Below, one piece after another: positions 58,446-64,000 of a stretch of 64,000 nucleotides of DNA. The number at the start of each line of letters is the position of its first letter. The first letter of the stretch is position 1. This stretch comes from the human T2T-CHM13v2.0 reference genome, Homo sapiens: NCBI RefSeq assembly GCF_009914755.1, contig NC_060939.1; one strand, written 5' to 3'. Below the pieces are notes generated by a model. It was not told where the DNA came from. It did not search any database and saw nothing but the letters and a program-made list of their open reading frames with translations. The translations under genes and the position numbers were made by a program.

Positions 58446-58812
58446 TTTTATTTTATTTTATTTTATTTTTAATTTTTAAGTTCAGGGGTACATGTGCAGT
58501 TTTGTTATATAGGTAACTTCATGTCATGGAGATTTGTTTTACAGATTATTTTGTCACCCAGGTATTAAGCCTAGGACCCATCAGTTATTTTTCTGATCCT
58601 CGCCCGCCACCTACCCCCTACCCTCCAGAGGCCCCAGTGTGTGTTGTTCCCCTCTATGTGTCCATGCGTTTTCATCATTTAGCTCCCACTTAGAAGTGAG
58701 AACATGCAGTATTTGGTTTTCTGTTCCTGCGTTGGTTTGCTAAGGATAATGGCCCCTCGCTCCATCCATATTTCTACAAAGCACGTGATCTTTCTTTTTT
58801 ATGGCTGCATAG
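58446..58812 (-). mobile_element. L1PA (older primate) 3' end, 5'-truncated
   Basis: ttttaagttcaggggtacatgtgcag...gtgagaacatgcagtatttggttttctg; TSD gtagaaat. Confidence 0.88.
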
Positions 58813-59018
58813 TAGAAATGCATCTTTAAAAAAAATTCAGATCATACTGTATGGTCAATTTTTATTCTGATATTTTCTACTTAACATGTTTCAACTATTT
58901 CCCCTCACTGAATATTTATTGAACATTTTAATAACTAATATTTGTAGTAAGGACATGCCATGATATATGTAATGTATGAGACCCTTCTCTTTAGTTGTAC
59001 ACTTAGGTCATTTCCAGG

Positions 59019-59290
59019 TTTTTTATGTTTTTTAATTAATGTTTTATATTTAATTTTTGTGGGTACATAGTAGGTGTATGTATTTATGGGGTGTATTAGA
59101 TATTTTGATACAGGCATGCAATGTATAATAATCATCACATCAGGGTTAATGGTGTATCCATCACCTCAACCATTTATCCTTTCTTAGTGTTACAAACAAT
59201 CCAGTAATATTCTTTCAGTTATTTTTAAATATATAATAAATTAAGATCAAGTGAATAAAATCTGGTATTTGGTAGCACAAAGGGTGACTA
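59019..59290 (-). mobile_element. L1MA 3' end with a 5' inversion
   Basis: gggtacatagtaggtgtatgtatttatgggg body; 59244-59290 is in the opposite orientation. Confidence 0.8.
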
Positions 59291-60694
59291 ACTATATTTC
59301 CATTTTTTTGCTATTATAAATGTTACAGATTTTCATTGTTAATCTTTATTTGCTATTTTAATTTTATTCTCATTGTAGTGTATTCCTATTCTGAGAATAT
59401 AATTAACTGCCATGTCAAATAACCTGCCAAACCTTTGTACTGTTTTGCCAGCCATTTTCCAGAAAGGTGGAACTTGCTCATGCTTCCAGCAGCAGAGTAT
59501 GAGGGTGCCGTTTTCACCCAACTCTTGCCATCATGGACCATTGTTTTTTTGTCTGTTGGTTACAGAGGGATATTATAATTTTCTCTCTTTAACAACTAGT
59601 GAGGTCAGATATCTTTTTCTTATGCTTTTTGCCGTATTTTCATGTTCTTTACCCCTTTTTCGAATGTGATAAGTGGAGTTTTTTAAAAATGTATTTGTGT
59701 GAACTTATGTAGTAAGGGTAGCAGTACTCATATTTGTTAGAGACGTTTCTTCAATCTGGTTGTCTTTTCATTTTACATATGATTTGTTGGTTTTAGAAGT
59801 TTTTAGTTCCATTTATTAAACTTATGGGGTTTTTTGGATCTTTGTACCTCTTCTTTTTATGCTTAGAAAGGCACTTGCCACACCACATTATGATCAGCTT
59901 TTCACTTTTAGTTTCTCTGATAGTTTTATGGTTTCATTTTTTTACGTTTAACTTTTTTAGTTCTGCTAAATTGATTTATATTTTGGCAAATGGTACAAGG
60001 TCACAGCCTAATTTTAAACCTTTTTCCCCAATATGTATTGAATCATCTCTTTTCCCACTGAGTTTGATGGAATATTCGTCATTATACTAAATTCTTAGGA
60101 GTACTAGAATGTGTTTCTGGACTGCTACTTGGTTTCATTGATCAGTCCCAGTTCTTGTGCCAGTTGCACATTATTGTAGTCACCACTCATGTTTAATGAA
60201 GTTGTATAAACCACCTTTTATTAATTGATAATAATTCTATTTGAATTACAGAGGAGATCCCCCTCTTGGAGGAAAGGTACAAATGTTAAAAAGCTTATCT
60301 GTAGCCTACCTAATTCCGTAAACATTGTTTTGAATCTACAACAAAACACATAAAATTTTGTAGATTCCCAGTCTCTGCTGTGCTCATCAGATTCTTATTA
60401 ATTTTAGAACTACAGATAGTAGTTTATCTCTCAATACATACGTGATTCAACCATACAACATTATGTAAATGTAGGATTTGTAGCTCCTAAGTAGTAAATT
60501 ACTAAGAAAAACACTAATACCAAACATTTAAAAGTTGTACTTAGAACTTTACATAAGGTAATCCATTAATGAATTATTTCAAGAATCTATGGTAAAATAT
60601 ACAAACTAAATTCATGTTTTAAAAAACACTTCTTAAGAATTACATTTTAACAGGAAAGATATGAAAAAGAATTTCAAGCTGTGTTTATATTTAA

Positions 60695-61045
<351 letters not shown>

Positions 61046-61547
61046 TTAACCATCAGATGACATACCTAATTAGTAGACCACACTTTGACATTGGAGGGAA
61101 AGATGAGTATGTAGTAACTTGACTGTTAAGTATAAATGTTTAAGAAAATTTCAGGATTAATATTGAAAATAGAACTGTGGTGACATTAGCTATACGCATC
61201 TAAATTGTGCAGAATTTGAATGTAGGAAACAGGATTATGAAACATGACATCTGTAGCCATGAGCAAAAGTAACACACACAAAAAGCCAGTCCTTAAAAGG
61301 TAATTTATAGCGTTGCACTATTTGTTAACAAATAATGAATGAGAGTGAAAGAATACTTAATTTTTGTTTTTCACATCTGGTTAATTTGGTACTAGATCTG
61401 GTCATTATGAGAGCAGTATTATAAGGAAGCCCACAACTTCCTGATAACCCTGTAAGATCCCCCAGAAGTAAATCAGTGAGGAATGGTATTAGGAATAGGC
61501 TTGTAATGTCTGGATATGATTATTCATTTTGTTTCTCTATTTTATAG

Positions 61548-61790
61548 GTGTGCCATTATCTACACAATGGGGACCTCAAGGCTATTTCTATCCAATCCAG
61601 ATTGCACAGTATGGATTAAGTCATTACAGCAAGAATCTAACTGAGAAACCTCCTCACATAGAGGTATATGAAACAGCAGAAGACAGAGACAAAAACAAGC
61701 CTAATGACTGGACTGTGCCAAAGGGCTGCTTTATGGCGAATGTGGCTGATAAGTCTAGATTCACCAATGTCAAACAGTTTATTGCACCAG
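61548..61790 (+). CDS. GLCE: GLCE second coding exon (243 nt, phase 1/1)
   Basis: (G)[30 protein letters not shown]...VKQFIAP continues the previous exon in frame (G|GT = Gly). Acceptor ttttgtttctctattttatAG ends at 61547; donor CAG|GTAAGT starts at 61791. Confidence 0.97.
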
Positions 61791-63321
61791 GTAAGTTATG
61801 TATTATATGTGCCTGCTAATTTTATGTTGATTTATGGGACCCTGATAGTCCCTTAAAATTTTAATATGGTTTAAAAAAACACATAAGCAGACCCTTTATA
61901 TTACATATATAAAGTAACAAATGGTGTCACCCCAATGAAATCTCTAAAAAAGATACAGCTAAAAAGTCAAGGTTATAAAAAGGAATATTTACTATGTAAA
62001 GAGCCAAGCCATAGATTGAATGGTAAGGTCCAGGTTACTGCACAATGTGTACCTGCCTCCAGGGGTCTATATCTGATAGGAATGAAGTTCCTCCATTTAA
62101 TATTTCAGTACAGTATAGTTTAATTTTTAAACTTTTGCAGTAAATAGAATGGTTTTAAGGAGACAGCCATCTTTTCCTTTGCCTATTTTTTGCCAATAGC
62201 TTTTAATTTTTTCAGGATAATAGAGCATTACCAAAGAGGCCTGTTTCCCATATTGGATTTTGTTAATGTAGTAGATTATCTCAAACTTCATGTAAAGTCA
62301 TTTTCATTAATAAAATAATTAACAAAATCAAATTAACTTTATGCAACATTTCCCCTTTTACTAAGACAGTCTCATTAATTAGAATGTAATGCATTTTCCT
62401 GCACTAATCAATATCAATGAGAATTAATGAGTCCATTACTTAAGAAGACAATGAAATAATTTTAGTTAGCACCTCAGGTTTAATTCTCTATGGGGGAATG
62501 TTGTCAAGTACAGAACTTGTTCCCCCTCCCACCAGTCTTGCAGTTGGTAAATAAAAAGAGAGGAAAGGTTATAAGACCTCTTCTGTATTCTCTCCTTGTT
62601 CTTCATTGATGACTGTGTAATTTACAGACCCTGAAAGCCACAATACAAACCTACTCATTCTAGATAGCCTTAAGTAATGAATTTATGAGTACTGAATGCA
62701 GTGCAAATAATAGATGACCTTTAATTTTTATTCTGTCACTAGAACTCCTTTTCTCCCATGGCATTCTGTGATATTCTGGTACACAGAGCATCTTTGCTTA
62801 TTGTAAACAACAGGTTTGGCTGAGTGAGAAAGTACAACTAAATTTTTAAGAATATTTAGCTTGTGATACCTAAGAGGTTATTGCAACAGGAAATGATTAG
62901 ACTATGCAAAAGAACTTTTGGGTGCACTCAAGAAACTTATTTTTGCACTAGTTAATAATGGTTGTCTGGATTAGGGTGGAATCAGCAGCCCTCACCTTGA
63001 TCTCCTTGAGTGTTTGGAAGGTTTTCTAGGACAGTCTTTTGAACTCTGTCCTATTTAGAGCAACAGATTTCATTGTGCACTTTTGGGTGCTTTGAGTAAT
63101 ACAAAAGATAGGTCCCCACATCTTAAATGAGGGATCCTTAGCCCCTCATTCTGTAGCCAGTAGCTGGAGATAAAACTACTTCCTAAGATGGTTTTAAGCA
63201 TATAGAGGAGAGAACTCTGTCTCTAACAGCCACTCTGCGAGTGGGACACAGCTGTTCTAAGTTGGAACTCCCTGTTGGTGGAAGCGTGCTAGCTGGGAAT
63301 GGAATTCTGTGTGTGCATGTA

Positions 63322-63615
63322 CAGGTTGAGTATCCCTTATCTGAAATGCTTGGGACTAGAAGTGTTTCAGATTTTGGAATATTTACATATACATAAATAT
63401 CCTGGGGATGGGACTCAAGTCTAAACACAAAATTCTTTTATATTTCATATGCTATACACATAGCCCGAGGGTAACATATTATAATATTTTTAATAATATA
63501 TGCGACCCATCATGAGGGAAGATCTGGAATTTTCCACTTGTGGCATCATGTTAGCACTCAAAAAGTTTTGGATTTTGGAGCATTTCAGATTTCGGATTTT
63601 TGAACTAAGGATGCT
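63322..63615 (+). mobile_element. Tigger4b/MER46-type MITE
   Basis: TA|CAGGTTGAGTATCCCTTATCTGAAATGCTTGGGAC ... ggagcatttcagatttcggattttt. Confidence 0.85.
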
Positions 63616-64000
63616 GCCTCTCCAGTTGCATACTATAAGAGTATGAGAGAAGGTGAGTTGGAGTTACATGGGAGTTATTGCTCAGAACAGAGCAGGAGAA
63701 GGGAATCAAAGAGGTGAGACTATTTTATTGAAGCATAGGTATGAGAAATGAGGCTTTTTAGAGGATATAGACCTCATGGGAGATAAATTCAGAGAATCAC
63801 CATTAAGAGGAAATTGGAACTTGTACATAAAAGCATAGGCTCAAGTGAGGTGAGACCCTGGAGGACCACAAGCTGAATGCTGTTGGTCTTTTTTTTTTTC
63901 TTTCTTGGCCTTCGATTTTTTTTTCTGAAAGGGGATAAAATCAAATATGAGTGAAGAGGCATATAATATGGGTCTGCAGCATATTTTTGTTGTTTTATTT

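Overview
This is primate, almost certainly human, genomic DNA from inside the GLCE gene (heparan-sulfate D-glucuronyl C5-epimerase), which lies on the + strand. The window starts in an upstream intron and contains a 91-nt non-coding exon (10868-10958) and a 45.3-kb intron. It then contains the first coding exon (56258-56856, ATG at 56271) and the next coding exon (61548-61790). The promoter, first exon and last coding exon lie outside the window. Much of the rest is interspersed repeats: over 20 Alu/FLAM copies, nested old L1 fragments, L2, MIR, MaLR LTRs, a Tigger1 remnant, Tigger4/MER46, MER58 and MER5 MITEs, and a 7SL pseudogene. Nearly all ORFs in the supplied track are repeat-derived or random. 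I see no new gene or prokaryote-style system. The most interesting signals concern how the GLCE 5' leader is built: a duplicated exon end and donor, two-codon uORFs, AG|GT recursive-splice-like sites and candidate cassette exons. Inverted MITEs flank the coding exons, and there are several clear retrotransposition and repair scars. Repeat subfamily names are from recalled consensus sequences and the boundaries of old repeats are approximate.
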